Shown here: positions 16,756 through 30,889 of the stretch, in pieces
How the letters are laid out: each line of letters opens with the position of its first letter
Position numbering within the stretch: position 1 is the stretch's first letter
Assembly (NCBI GenBank): GCA_964016885.1
Contig: OZ024756.1
Span: forward strand, 10,354,001 to 10,418,000
From: Eledone cirrhosa
Lineage: Eukaryota
Reading direction: 5' to 3'
DNA: 64,000 nucleotides
Made by a program: the position numbers and the translations under genes
The notes under the pieces: model-generated
The model's database searches: none
What the model was told of the DNA's origin: nothing
Seen by the model: only the letters and a program-made list of their open reading frames with translations

Positions 16756-16788
16756 GTGTGTGTGCATGTATATATGTGTATATATGTG

Positions 16789-16845
<57 letters not shown>

Positions 16846-16920
16846 GTGTGTATATGTATATATATATATATGTATACGTGTATGTGTGTGTATATATGTA
16901 TGTGTATGTATGTATGTGTG

Positions 16921-16977
<57 letters not shown>

Positions 16978-17180
16978 ATATGTGTCTGTGTATGTGTATG
17001 TATATATGTCTATATGTATTTGTGTGTATATGTATACACATGTATATTTGTGTTTGTATGTATGCGTGTGAGTGTATTTATTTGTGTATATATGTGTGTG
17101 TGTGTGTATGTATGTGTATGTGTGTGTGTATCTGTATATATATATATATATGTGTGTGTATATATGTGTATATACTTATA

Positions 17181-17211
<31 letters not shown>

Positions 17212-17895
17212 TGTATATGTATGTATGTATGTGTGTGTGTATGTGTGTGTACATGAATGTATATTTATATATTTTTATATATGTGTGTGTGTTTTTATGT
17301 GTGTATATGTGTTTGTGTGTGTGTTTATGGTTGCGCGTAAGTGTGTGAGTGAGTATGTGTTTCTTGTTTTTTTGTGAATGTGTCTGTTGATTTTTGGCAT
17401 ATAGTTGATTAGTTTAAGAGAAGTTCGAAGATAATAGTAAGATATGCACTCAGTATTTTGAATCTGTCTGCAGAATTCTCTAGACCTTTGTCACTTAGTA
17501 GAACCTTAATGATTTTAGCTTTTAAAGAATCTCCCTTTTCTTTAATTCTATCGACCATGACTGACCCCCCACTGATTTTATAGACATCTGTTAGCTTAAG
17601 AGAAACTTAATGACAAGGAATGGTATGCCATCCGGAACCTGTTTATAGAATTCTGTCTGCCCTTGTTACTCTAAAAACATAAATAAATAAAAATAAACTA
17701 TAGCTTTGTAGAATTAGCTTTTAATGAATTCCCTTTTCTATCAACCAATGACCTGCACCCATCCCACTCCCCACCCTCTCCTACCACTTGTAGAGACCTA
17801 TAAATACCATATTTATTTTTTGATACCCAGATTCCTGATGATTTCTAATGAATGAAACAGTTCTAGTCCTGTAGAATCTCATCTATATTAAAACC
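16500..17895 (+). mobile_element. PLE-type non-coding 3' region/pLTR (complex GT/AT tract + 550 bp unique sequence + HHR)
   Basis: Inverted duplicate of 7046-8900; ends just after an intact HHR. Confidence 0.7.
17829..17879 (+). ncRNA. Type I hammerhead ribozyme
   Basis: AGATTC CTGATGA TTTC TAAT GAAT GAAA CAG TTCTAGTC CTG TA GAATCT; 6-bp stem I, GUA site. Confidence 0.82.
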
Positions 17896-17896
17896 T

Positions 17897-18241
17897 ATTC
17901 ATTTCATCATTTCATTTCATTTCATTTTACGTCCGCTTTTCCCTGCTTGCAAGGGTGGGACGGGAACTGATTCTGGCTTGATTTCTACAGCTGGATGCCC
18001 TTCCTAACACCAACCTCATTTACAGTGAGTGCTGGGTGCTTTTTTTGCCGTGGCACCTACACGACCACTTTGCAGTGGAATGATAAGGACCTCAGTCCCT
18101 ATCATCTCATTTCTACAGCTGAGTAAACTGGAGCAATTTGAAATAAAGTGTCTTGCTCAAGGAAACAACACACCACCCGGTCTGAGAATTGAACTCACAA
18201 CCTTTCGATTGCAAGGCCAATGCTCTAACCACTAAGCCATG
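17897..18241 (-). mobile_element. tRNA-derived SINE with RTE-like tail
   Basis: Reverse complement of the 41811-42153 family. Confidence 0.92.
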
Positions 18242-18269
18242 TATATATATATATATGTATATATGTATA

Positions 18270-18608
<339 letters not shown>

Positions 18609-18641
18609 GTATATATGTATATATATATATATGTATATATG

Positions 18642-18693
<52 letters not shown>

Positions 18694-18719
18694 CATATAT
18701 ATATACATATATATATATA

Positions 18720-20121
18720 CATTTTCCTCGAAGAAAATGACCGCCTGACTAGCACGCAACATGGCTTCCGCCCAGGAAGAAGCTGCCTTACACAGCTGCT
18801 ACATCACTACAACTGGGTACTGAGACAGCTACTAGACAGCTCACATGTAGACGTGATATATCTTGACTTTGCGAAGGCCTTTGACAAGGTCGACCACGGA
18901 ATGATATGTCACAAACTACACGGACTCGGCATAACTGGAAAAGTAGGTGAGTGGCTGCATGGCTTCCTAAGGGACAGAAGCCAGGCAGTCGCAGCAAATG
19001 GGGCCCTCTCGAGGGAGACACCGATAACAAGTGGGGTGCCTCAGGGGACAGTCCTGGGACCACTACTGTTTTTGGTGGCTCTCTCGGACATGCCCTCTGT
19101 GGTGCATGCAACAACATCCCTCACTAGCTATGCTGATGACACTAAGGTAGCACAGGCAATCAAAAACCCGGCTGACGCTGCCCTCTTACAGCAGGATCTG
19201 GATGCCATATACAGATGGGCGGAAGAAAACAACATGCAGTTTAATGCTGGCAAATTCCAAGCCCTACAATACAAACCTGCAAACACAAACACAAATATAG
19301 CGGAACACAGCTACACAGGATCAGGAGGGACCGATATCCCCGTGTCAAAATCGATACGAGACCTGGGCATAGACATGAGCGATGATGCATCTTTTTCTTC
19401 ACACATCATGAAGGTGGCGACAGCATGTAGACGATTCGCTGGCTGGATCTTGAGGACTTTCCTTACAAGAGATCGAGACACCATGTTGAAACTGTGGAGG
19501 ACTTTTGTCCTAAGCCGCCTGGACTACTGCTCCCAGCTGTGGTCACCCCATAGTGTCAAACTAACCACAGAGCTTGAGGCAATCCAGCGAAGCTACACCA
19601 AGAGGATTGCCAAGATGAGGGAGACAAGCTACTGGGAGAGGCTGAAGGAACTGAACCTCTACTCCTTGGAGCGAAGACGGGAGAGATACGCAGTGATCTA
19701 CATGTGGAAAATCCTGGAGGGACTAGCAGCAAACTTTGGCATTGGGAGCTGGACCAACCGTCGAACAGGACGTCACTGTGTGGTGCCAAAGGTCCCGTCT
19801 TCCACATCTAGAATAAGGAGCAGGTATTGCAATAGCCTGGGATTCAAGGGCCCTCAACTCTTCAACAGGCTGCCGAGGCATCTGCGAGACTTGCATGACG
19901 TGGAGGTGGATGTCTTTAAGAAACATCTCGACACCTTGTTATCCAGGATCCCGGATGAGCCCACAGCAAGACACGAGGGAAACCTAAGGGCAGCAGCAAC
20001 AAACTCCCTCCTACACCAGTGGCCAACCTATACAGGCTGGAGATAAAATGTGTAGCAACAAGGGCGGTGCCCTAGCATGGCCTCAGCCGGATGGCTGAAA
20101 CAGGTAAAAGAGTAAAAGAGT
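18720..20121 (+). mobile_element. CR1-group LINE, 5'-truncated, RT frame open
   Basis: [33 protein letters not shown]; stop at 20046; (GTAAAAGA)2 tail; inserted in (TA)n. Confidence 0.94.
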
Positions 20122-20136
20122 ATATATGTATATATA

Positions 20137-20543
20137 CGATATTAAATAAATGGAAACTATATTTATAAAACCATATTTATTTCAGGGATATCATATTAAC
20201 AATATGCTATGCCTTCCTCAGACAAAATACAATATAAACAGTTTTATAGATAAATAGATTATTCAACTTTTCAATTCAACTTTTCAAATACAAGTCGATG
20301 TTGTACGGTATGTCAAATCTATTTATCTATAAAACTGTTTATATTGTATTTTGTCTGAGGAAGGCATAGCATATTGTTAATATGATATCCCTGAAATATA
20401 TATAATGAAATAAATATGGTTTTATAAATATAGTTTCCATTTATTTAATATCGTAAATATACTCCAAATACTTGTCGAGTGCTTTTATATCAGTTATTAA
20501 TATTTACTAGTTGTAACCCAACAATTTAAATATAACTTTCCAT
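20137..20543. mobile_element. Inverted pLTR pair of the 12698-16385 PLE family
   Basis: 20138-20258 resembles 12698-12833; its inverse at 20297-20453 continues into sequence resembling the PLE 5' leader (16350-16376). Confidence 0.8.
20349..20410 (+). ncRNA. Type I hammerhead ribozyme
   Basis: TTTTGT CTGAGGA AGG...CCT GAAA TATATA TA ATGAAA. Confidence 0.8.
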
Positions 20544-20548
20544 GTATG

Positions 20549-20676
<128 letters not shown>

Positions 20677-20877
20677 GTATATATATATGTATATATATAT
20701 ATGTATATATATATGTATATATATATGTGTATATATATGTGTATATATATATGTATATATATATATGTATATATATATATGTATATATATATGTATATAT
20801 ATATGTATATATATATAAAATGTTAAAAAAATAATGAATAAAACAATGAAACAGTTCCTTATATTAAACAAAAAAAG

Positions 20878-21030
20878 TTCATTATTTAACGATCGTTTCT
20901 AGGACATATATGTGTTAGAATTGGTATGCATATTCAACAGATCTATGTACAAAATTATACAAAATTATACAAATTATCAAATATAATATACATACCAACA
21001 CATACATATGCCGTCTTCAGAAATAATGAA
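20878..21030 (-). ncRNA. Type I hammerhead ribozyme with ~110-nt stem II extension
   Basis: Minus strand: TTCATTATTT CTGAAGA CGGCATATG...CATATATGTCCTA GAAA CGATCG TT AAATAATGAA; 10-bp stem I, palindromic stem III. Confidence 0.8.
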
Positions 21031-21681
21031 ATATATTTATTGATAATAACACAATTCAAAATTACAGGTCTGTTTGGGAACAGAGTTCAAATTGACCAAT
21101 GAAATACACAAAATATATCAATAAAATACAGTTAGGTGTGTGTATATATGTAAGTAACTTCGTTCACAGATATGCATAAAAATATATGTTCACATGCATA
21201 CGCATGTCGAAAAAATGTATGTAAATACAAAAAATTCAGGGCTAATGTCTCTGTATGTTTATAATCTATAGATAAAATACACATACGCATATAAACATAT
21301 ATAGATTCATATATACACACATATATATACACGCACATTCACACACACACGCGCATATACACATAAACATACACATACCCATGAACATACACACACACAC
21401 ACACTCACACACACACATATATGTATATATTATTATTATAACTATATGGATATTTAGGCACACACATAAACACTGCTACATATATTTTTACATCCAAATG
21501 CAGAAGTGGGTAAGGGGTTCAGTAATAACTAAGGATGTCAGGGAGCTGCCTATTTAAAAATGTATCTACAAATTTAGAAATGAAAAGAAATATATCAAAA
21601 AAAAAATATATATATATAAACAAGTAAAATATACTCATACATAAAATACATACCGATAAACATATACATATAAATACACAT

Positions 21682-21726
<45 letters not shown>

Positions 21727-21888
21727 CACATACACATATACACGTACACATACTCATACATACATAAATATACATACACATACATATATAAATACATAGA
21801 CACACATACAAACACACATATATATAAAAAAATATATACATATATTCACAACTCACATACATATATACACATATATGTACACACACAT

Positions 21889-21937
<49 letters not shown>

Positions 21938-22286
21938 TACATACAGACACATATATATACACACATATATACACACACACATATATATATATATACATAC
22001 ACACACATATATACACATATATATATATACACACACACACACACATACATATACGTATATATACACACACATACACATATCCATGTATGTATATACACAT
22101 ACAATCACACGCTCACACAACTCAGACAATTATGCACACATATATATATATACACATACACACATACCTACAAATATATATACACATATACGCACGCACG
22201 CATACATATATACATACACACATACTTATACATAGACATATATATACATACATATATATACATATACATATATATACATACATACA

Positions 22287-22721
22287 TTATCATCATCATC
22301 ATTTTACGTCCGCTTTTCCCTGCTTGCAAGGGTGGGACAGGTCTTATTCAGCACAGCATCTCTCCACTCGTCACGGTCCCTCGTCATCTCCACCGTGAGC
22401 TTCAATGATCTGAGGTCTGTTCTCACCACCTCCGCCCATGTTTTTCGTGGTCTACCTCTACCACGTCTTCCTTCAACTGGCATTTCCTGGCACTTCTTCA
22501 CCCATCGGTCATCCTCCATGCGCATCACATGTCCATACCACCTCAGTCTCCTCTCCCGTACACTACATTCTATCCCTCTCAGACACAGTTTCTCTCTCAA
22601 CACATTTATGCTGGGTCGTTCACACACATTTACACTGCACATCCAACGGAGCATGCTTGCCTCATTTCTCTCCAGCCGTCGCATATCCTCTGCGGTTGCT
22701 GCCCATGTCTCACTACCATGC
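22287..22721 (-). mobile_element. RTE LINE 3' fragment (second subfamily)
   Basis: RRLERNEASMLRWMC...RLRWYGHVMRM...GRPRKTW; 3' end CCCACCCTTGCAAGCAGGGAAAAGCGGACGTAAAATGATGATG. Confidence 0.92.
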
Positions 22722-24392
22722 AGTTATTAACAATATATTTAGAAACACACAGATACATGTTTCTAAATATATTGTTAATAACTCCCTCTGGTCGAGCAAT
22801 CTTTGAAGTCTGGGGACAGCTGGAAAGCTTCCATTACTCATACTTCTCGCCTTCTTCACCACCTCTTCTGCGGCCTCGATATAAATACCCCCTCCGCCTC
22901 CGTGGTATTTTCTTCGGGGTTATAAGAGGCTTAGCTCTGTTTCTCGACCGTTATATCGCGTGACTGTCTCCCCCTCCGCCTTTTGGGATTCTTTCTCACG
23001 TCGTGTAGACGCGTTCTTGAGACTAGTAAAATGAGGTATCCTCTTGATAAGTCGGCAGACCTCGCAAGGACTCTATATCTTTATGATATATTGTTTTTGT
23101 TTATGCCACGAAACTACGTAGTCGAGGAATTTAGGAGCAGTTTAGGTATGATACATTTTATTACTAATTATATCTAAATGTTTCTTCTCTCTTCATAATG
23201 TATTTTTAACTCTGATACTGGTTCAGTCTAGTTCAACTGAATTGGTCTGTCCCAGTCATTCATTGAGCAACATCGGTGAAGTTGGCACCCTTAACTCACA
23301 GTTGGGTGCGGATGCATTCATGTATATATGTGTGTGTCCGCATGTATCTGTGTGTTTCTAAATATATTGTTAATAACTCCCTCTGGTCGAGCAATCTTTG
23401 AAGTCTGGGGACAGCTGGAAAGCTTCCATTACTCATACTTCTCGCCTTCTTCACCCCCTCTTCTGCGGCCTCGATATAAATACCCCCTCCGCCTCCGTGG
23501 TATTTTCTTCGGGGTTATAAGAGGCTTAGCTCTGTTTCTCGACCGTTATATCGCGTGACTGTCTCCCCCTCCGCCTTTTGGGATTCTTTCTCACGTCGTG
23601 TAGACGCGTTCTTGAGACTAGTAAAATGAGGTATCCTCTTGATAAGTCGGCAGACCTCGCAAGGACTCTATATCTTTATGATATATTGTTTTTGTTTATG
23701 CCACGAAACTACGTAGTCGAGGAATTTAGGAGCAGTTTAGGTATGATACATTTTATTACTAATTATATCTAAATGTTTCTTCTCTCTTCATAATGTATTT
23801 TTAACTCTGATACTGGTTCAGTCTAGTTCAACTGAATTGGTCTGTCCCAGTCATTCATTGAGCAACATCGGTGAAGTTGGCACCCTTAACTCACAGTTGG
23901 GTGCGGATGCATTCATGTATATATGTGTGTGTCCGCATGTATCTGTGTGTTTCTAAATATATTGTTAATAACTCCCTCTGGTCGAGCAATCTTTGAAGTC
24001 TGGGGACAGCTGGAAAGCTTCCATTACTCATACTTCTCGCCTTCTTCACCCCCTCTTCTGCGGCCTCGATATAAATACCCCCTCCGCCTCCGTGGTATTT
24101 TCTTCGGGGTTATAAGAGGCTTAGCTCTGTTTCTCGACCGTTATATCGCGTGACTGTCTCCCCCTCCGCCTTTTGGGATTCTTTCTCACGTCGTGTAGAC
24201 GCGTTCTTGAGACTAGTAAAATGAGGTATCCTCTTGATAAGTCGGCAGACCTCGCAAGGACTCTATATCTTTATGATATATTGTTTTTGTTTATGCCACG
24301 AAACTACGTAGTCGAGGAATTTAGGAGCAGTTTAGGTATGATACATTTTATTACTAATTATATCTAAATGTTTCTTCTCTCTTCATAATGTA
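22722..24392 (+). repeat. 595-bp tandem repeat (~2.75 units) with one HHR per unit and a short inverted 5' end; retrozyme-like
   Basis: Units start at 22758, 23353, 23948 and are nearly identical; 22722-22757 is an inverted copy of the unit junction. Confidence 0.9.
23039..23128 (+). ncRNA. Type I hammerhead ribozyme, U3:A8 core variant (also 23634-23723, 24229-24318)
   Basis: TCCTC TTGATAA GTCGGCA...TGCCAC GAAA CTACGTAG TC GAGGA; palindromic stem III, GUC site. Confidence 0.8.
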
Positions 24393-24424
24393 TATATATA
24401 TATGTATATATATTTATGTATATA

Positions 24425-24454
<30 letters not shown>

Positions 24455-24455
<1 letters not shown>

Positions 24456-25003
24456 GTAGATAAATCTACCAAGAGTTTACGGTAGTGTCCAATCCGTATG
24501 AAGAACTCAATGTAATCCGGATATCATGGAAAGAAGAGATGCAATGAAAAATCACTTTCGGTGAAAGATAAACGGAATACAGAGTCAAGATAAAATATTA
24601 AAAAAATAATGAATAAAACAATGAAACAGTTCCTTATATTAAACAAAAAAAGTTCATTATTTAACGATCGTTTCTGGGATATATATGTGTTAGAATTGGC
24701 ATGTATATTTAACAGATCTATGTACAAAATTATACAAAATTATACAAACTATCAAAATTAAATATACATACCAACTCATATATATGCCGTCTTCAGAAAT
24801 AATTTCTGAAGACGGCATATATATGAGTTGGTATGTATATTTAATTTTGATAGTTTGTATAATTTTGTATAATTTTGTACATAGATCTGTTAAATATACA
24901 TGCCAATTCTAACACATATATATCCCAGAAACGATCGTTACATAATGAACTTTTTTTGTTTAATATAAGGAACTGTTTCATTGTTTTATTCATTATTTTT
25001 TTA

Positions 25004-25012
<9 letters not shown>
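24455..25012. mobile_element. Fold-back pLTR with two divergent long-stem-II HHRs
   Basis: Palindrome ~24590-25012 centred at 24801 (TCTTCAGAAAT A ATTTCTGAAGA); same family as 20820-21030. Confidence 0.8.
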
Positions 25013-25080
<68 letters not shown>

Positions 25081-25104
25081 GTATATATGTATATATATAT
25101 ATAT

Positions 25105-25818
25105 ATGTAGACGATGTAGCATGTAGATGATTCGCTGGCTGGATCTTGAGGACTTTCCTTACAAGAGATCGAGACACCATGTTGACACTGTGGAGGACTT
25201 TTGTCCTAAGCCGCCTGGACTACTGCACCCAGCTGTGGTCACCCCATAGTGTCAAACTAACCACGGAGCTTGAGGCAATCCAGCGAAGCTACACCAAGAG
25301 GATTGCCAAGATGAGGGAGACAAGCTACTGGGAGAGGCTGAAGGAACTGAACCTCTACTCCTTGGAGCGAAGACGGGAGAGATACGCAGTGATCTACATG
25401 TGGAAAATCCTGGAGGGACTAGCACCAAACTTTGGCATTGGGAGCTGGACCAACCGTCGAACAGGACGTCACTGTGTGGTGCCAAATGTCCCGTCTTCCA
25501 CATCTAGAATAAGGAGCAGGTATTGCAATAGCCTGGGATTCAAGGGCCCTCAACTCTTCAACAGGCTGCCGAGGCATCTGCGAGACTTGCATGACGTGGA
25601 GGTGGATGTCTTTAAGAAACATCTCGACACCTTGTTATCCAGGATCCCGGATGAGCCCACAGCAAGACACGAGGGAAACCTAAGGACAGCAGCAACAAAC
25701 TCCCTCCTACACCAGTGGCCAACCTATACAGGCTGGAGATAAAATGTGTAGCAACAAGGGCGGTGCCCCAGCATGGCCTCAGCCGGATGGCTGAAACAGG
25801 TAAAAGAGTAAAAGAGTA
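25105..25818 (+). mobile_element. CR1-group LINE 3' fragment
   Basis: ORF 25146-25742 near-identical to the 19450-20046 region; same tail. Confidence 0.92.
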
Positions 25819-25859
25819 ATATATATATATGTATATATATATATATATGTATATATATA

Positions 25860-27932
25860 TGGGACTTCTACTTAAGCTTACTCATAGTAATAGTTACCTA
25901 GACACTTATGACCTTAGCAACCTGTGCCCTACAAGACCAGCAAGAGGCAGACCACCTACCATTACCTCAATGGCCAAGAAAACCCACACAGATAGATGGA
26001 ACGGGTGGACCAGAGCCATACGGACACCCGAAAACCACGATGAACTGAAGAAAATGATTGCACATGCGGTAGGGGCCAGCATAAAATTAACCCTTAAGGA
26101 ACATATGTTCAAATTTAATGGTAAAACATATGCCCAAGAGGAAGGAGCAGCCATTGGTGTTAGCATTGCAGGCGACATAGCTAACTTATTCATGGTATGG
26201 TGGGACAGTAGACTTAAACAAAAACTTAATGAACAATTAGAAGACAGCTTAACCCTGATAATGTACTCCCGCTACGTAGATGATATAAACATCGTAGTTA
26301 AGACACCCCCACTAAAGAACAGTCAGGAACTAGAGAAAAACACAATGGAAAGCATCCAGCAAATAGCAAACTCCATCCACCAGAGCATTAGAGTTACTAT
26401 AGACTACCCAAGTAGACACCTCAACCATCGATTACCTGTACTAGACACAGAGCTCTGGTTAGATACCATTAACAACCAAAAACAAATCCTCCATTCCCAT
26501 TATGCCAAACCCATGACTTCCAAACATCTGATCCACCGAAACTCGGCCATTTCGGACCATACCAAAATCAACATACTGATTGCGGATTTGGTACGGGTGA
26601 TGAGACATGTGTCCCGCATGTGCAACCCCGAAGAACTAGAGAGACACATACAACACTTCATCCACCGTATGCAGTTCTCTGGCTATAATCAGAGAGATAG
26701 AATCAGAGTGTATAAAGGAGCCAGAACCAAATGGGAAAAAATGGTAAATAATGACATAAATGGGACCTGCCCCTTGTATAGGAGCAAATTTTGGAATAGA
26801 ATAGAAAGAACTAGGAACAAGGCCAATAGAATAAACTCATGGTATGATAGCAATAAATACCAGAGTGTAATGTTCATCAATACAACCCCTAGAGGCGAAC
26901 TAGCCTACAAATTTAGAAGGGCCCTAAATAAACATAATCTCAATATTAAGATAGTAGAAAGACCTGGTACCTCCGTAAAAACACTTATTAGCAAGACATA
27001 CCCGTTCCAAAGACCCTCATGTATAGATAAGAAATGTATAACCTGTAAAATAAGCCCCCATATTAACTGTAAAACTAGAAATGTAGTGTATAGCATAAGA
27101 TGTACTGAAGGACAATGTAGAAACAAAAATATAGTGTACATAGGTGAGACAGCTCGTAGTATAGGGGAACGAATAAATGAACACTGGCGAGACCTCCAAG
27201 ATAGTAAAGAATCATCTGTGCTCTACCAACATGCTAAGATAGAACACAGGGGTAGATTAGAGAGCATAGAAATAAAAATAGAATCCACGCACAGAAAAGA
27301 CGCAATGTTTAGGCAAATTACAGAGGCAGTAAGCATAAAAGAATTAAAACCAAAATTAAATAGAAAATATGAGTGGAACAGCAACATCACAACTTACAAT
27401 TAAGGACAAAAATGAAAACACACACACACATAGAACAAACAACTTACAATTGAAAACACACACAAAATGAAAACACACACAGGACAAAATGAAAACACAC
27501 ACACACATAGAACAAACAACCAACCAACAATAAATAAATAAACAAATAGAAAAATGAACACAAACACACACAGACACCCGGATGTGGCACATGCGCAAAC
27601 TGAGCACACAACACACACACAGAAACAAAATGGCGTAGGATAGAAGAAAGGAATCCCCAGTCACTGAAGAGGTCACAGAGTGTGTGACGAAAGGACTATG
27701 ACTATATATATAAACAACTATCTGGTTGTGGAACCAACCAAACAACCAGAAATTTATAATTTATAAGTTTGTAGATTTGTAAATTTATGAATTTATAAAT
27801 ATATAATAAATTGAAGTGAAAGCAACTGGTGCGTGTGTTTCTTATTGGCAACATGACCCTCCCAAAGTATAACAATATCGGTTTCAACACACGATTGCAG
27901 ATAAAGAGTCTTGCTAAACAAATTCAGAAACG

Positions 27933-27935
<3 letters not shown>
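25860..27935 (+). mobile_element. Penelope-like element, 5'-truncated, second family
   Basis: Open frame to 27403: QEEGAAIG, YSRYVDD, LPVLD, C-terminal GIY-YIG (NVVY...YIGETARSIGERINEH); 3' pLTR with HHR. Confidence 0.9.
27659..27703 (+). ncRNA. Minimal type I hammerhead ribozyme in PLE 3' pLTR
   Basis: AGTCA CTGAAGA G GTCAC AGAGTGT GTGAC GAAA GGAC TA TGACT; one extra G before stem II, very short stem III. Confidence 0.72.
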
Positions 27936-28023
<88 letters not shown>

Positions 28024-28024
28024 A

Positions 28025-28132
<108 letters not shown>

Positions 28133-28138
28133 GTATAA

Positions 28139-28188
<50 letters not shown>

Positions 28189-28427
28189 GTATAAATATAT
28201 ATATATAATTAAATTAAAAATGTACATCCACATATGTATACTGAAATACTAGTATGCATATGAATACACACACGTGTACATATGTAGATGTACCGAGTTT
28301 TTCACTGGACACTTTACTGTGAGTGTCCAGCTATTCTGTATGTAAACACACAGACAAACCGGTTTTTAGAGTCATACTGGTTTTCGAGGAAACACCTTTC
28401 CTCTATTCTCCAGAAAGCCAGACAAGG

Positions 28428-28472
28428 AATATTGGACTAGTTTCGATGTTGTTACATCTCATCAGCAATATT
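28428..28472 (-). ncRNA. Minimal type I hammerhead ribozyme (minus-strand copies also start at 28894, 29360, 29826, 30292)
   Basis: Minus strand: AATATTG CTGATGA GATG TAACAA CATC GAAA CTAG TC CAATATT; perfect core, GUC site. Confidence 0.9.
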
Positions 28473-30844
28473 TACCTATCTTCCGGCCTTTCTAGAGAAT
28501 CGTAAAAGCACATATCGTTATATGCTTTTTCTATGAAAATTAGTAGTGGGCAGACTAATTTGCATAGAGCGTGAGTACGTACCGGTTCAGCGGAGACGAT
28601 AAAAACAAATAACGAAACGAAATTAAATTTCGTTTCGTTTGTAACTCACTTTTGTATGACTGACGCTTAAACAATTAAATTAAAAATGTACATCCACATA
28701 TGTATACTGAAATACTAGTATGCATATGAATACACACACGTGTACATATGTAGATGTACCGAGTTTTTCACTGGACACTTTACTGTGAGTGTCCAGCTAT
28801 TCTGTATGTAAACACACAGACAAACCGGTTTTTAGAGTCATACTGGTTTTCGAGGAAACACCTTTCCTCTATTCTCCAGAAAGCCAGACAAGGAATATTG
28901 GACTAGTTTCGATGTTGTTACATCTCATCAGCAATATTTACCTATCTTCCGGCCTTTCTAGAGAATCGTAAAAGCACATATCGTTATATGCTTTTTCTAT
29001 GAAAATTAGTAGTGGGCAGACTAATTTGCATAGAGCGTGAGTACGTACCGGTTCAGCGGAGACGATAAAAACAAATAACGAAACGAAATTAAATTTCGTT
29101 TCGTTTGTAACTCACTTTTGTATGACTGACGCTTAAACAATTAAATTAAAAATGTACATCCACATATGTATACTGAAATACTAGTATGCATATGAATACA
29201 CACACGTGTACATATGTAGATGTACCGAGTTTTTCACTGGACACTTTACTGTGAGTGTCCAGCTATTCTGTATGTAAACACACAGACAAACCGGTTTTTA
29301 GAGTCATACTGGTTTTCGAGGAAACACCTTTCCTCTATTCTCCAGAAAGCCAGACAAGGAATATTGGACTAGTTTCGATGTTGTTACATCTCATCAGCAA
29401 TATTTACCTATCTTCCGGCCTTTCTAGAGAATCGTAAAAGCACATATCGTTATATGCTTTTTCTATGAAAATTAGTAGTGGGCAGACTAATTTGCATAGA
29501 GCGTGAGTACGTACCGGTTCAGCGGAGACGATAAAAACAAATAACGAAACGAAATTAAATTTCGTTTCGTTTGTAACTCACTTTTGTATGACTGACGCTT
29601 AAACAATTAAATTAAAAATGTACATCCACATATGTATACTGAAATACTAGTATGCATATGAATACACACACGTGTACATATGTAGATGTACCGAGTTTTT
29701 CACTGGACACTTTACTGTGAGTGTCCAGCTATTCTGTATGTAAACACACAGACAAACCGGTTTTTAGAGTCATACTGGTTTTCGAGGAAACACCTTTCCT
29801 CTATTCTCCAGAAAGCCAGACAAGGAATATTGGACTAGTTTCGATGTTGTTACATCTCATCAGCAATATTTACCTATCTTCCGGCCTTTCTAGAGAATCG
29901 TAAAAGCACATATCGTTATATGCTTTTTCTATGAAAATTAGTAGTGGGCAGACTAATTTGCATAGAGCGTGAGTACGTACCGGTTCAGCGGAGACGATAA
30001 AAACAAATAACGAAACGAAATTAAATTTCGTTTCGTTTGTAACTCACTTTTGTATGACTGACGCTTAAACAATTAAATTAAAAATGTACATCCACATATG
30101 TATACTGAAATACTAGTATGCATATGAATACACACACGTGTACATATGTAGATGTACCGAGTTTTTCACTGGACACTTTACTGTGAGTGTCCAGCTATTC
30201 TGTATGTAAACACACAGACAAACCGGTTTTTAGAGTCATACTGGTTTTCGAGGAAACACCTTTCCTCTATTCTCCAGAAAGCCAGACAAGGAATATTGGA
30301 CTAGTTTCGATGTTGTTACATCTCATCAGCAATATTTACCTATCTTCCGGCCTTTCTAGAGAATCGTAAAAGCACATATCGTTATATGCTTTTTCTATGA
30401 AAATTAGTAGTGGGCAGACTAATTTGCATAGAGCGTGAGTACGTACCGGTTCAGCGAAAACAGTATGACTCTAAAAACCGGTTTGTCTGTGTGTTTACAT
30501 ACAGAATAGCTGGACACTCACAGTAAAGTGTCCAGTGAAAAACTCGGTACATCTACATATGTACACGTGTGTGTATTCATATGCATACTAGTATTTCAGT
30601 ATACATATGTGGATGTACATTTTTAATTCATTTTTAATTTAATTGTTTAAGCGTCAGTCATACAAAAGTGAGTTACAAACGAAACGAAATTTAATTTCGT
30701 TTCGTTATTTGTTTTTATCGTCTCCGTTGAACCGGTACGTACTCACGCTCTATGCAAATTAGTCTGCCCACTACTAATTTTCATAGAAAAAGCATATAAC
30801 GATATGTGCTTTTACGATTCTCTAGAAAGGCCGGAAGATAGGTA

Positions 30845-30889
30845 AATATTGCTGATGAGATGTAACAACATCGAAACTAGTCCAATATT
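30845..30889 (+). ncRNA. Minimal type I hammerhead ribozyme (plus-strand copies also at 31311, 31777, 32243; copy at 32709 has a 3-nt core deletion)
   Basis: AATATTG CTGATGA GATG TAACAA CATC GAAA CTAG TC CAATATT. Confidence 0.9.
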
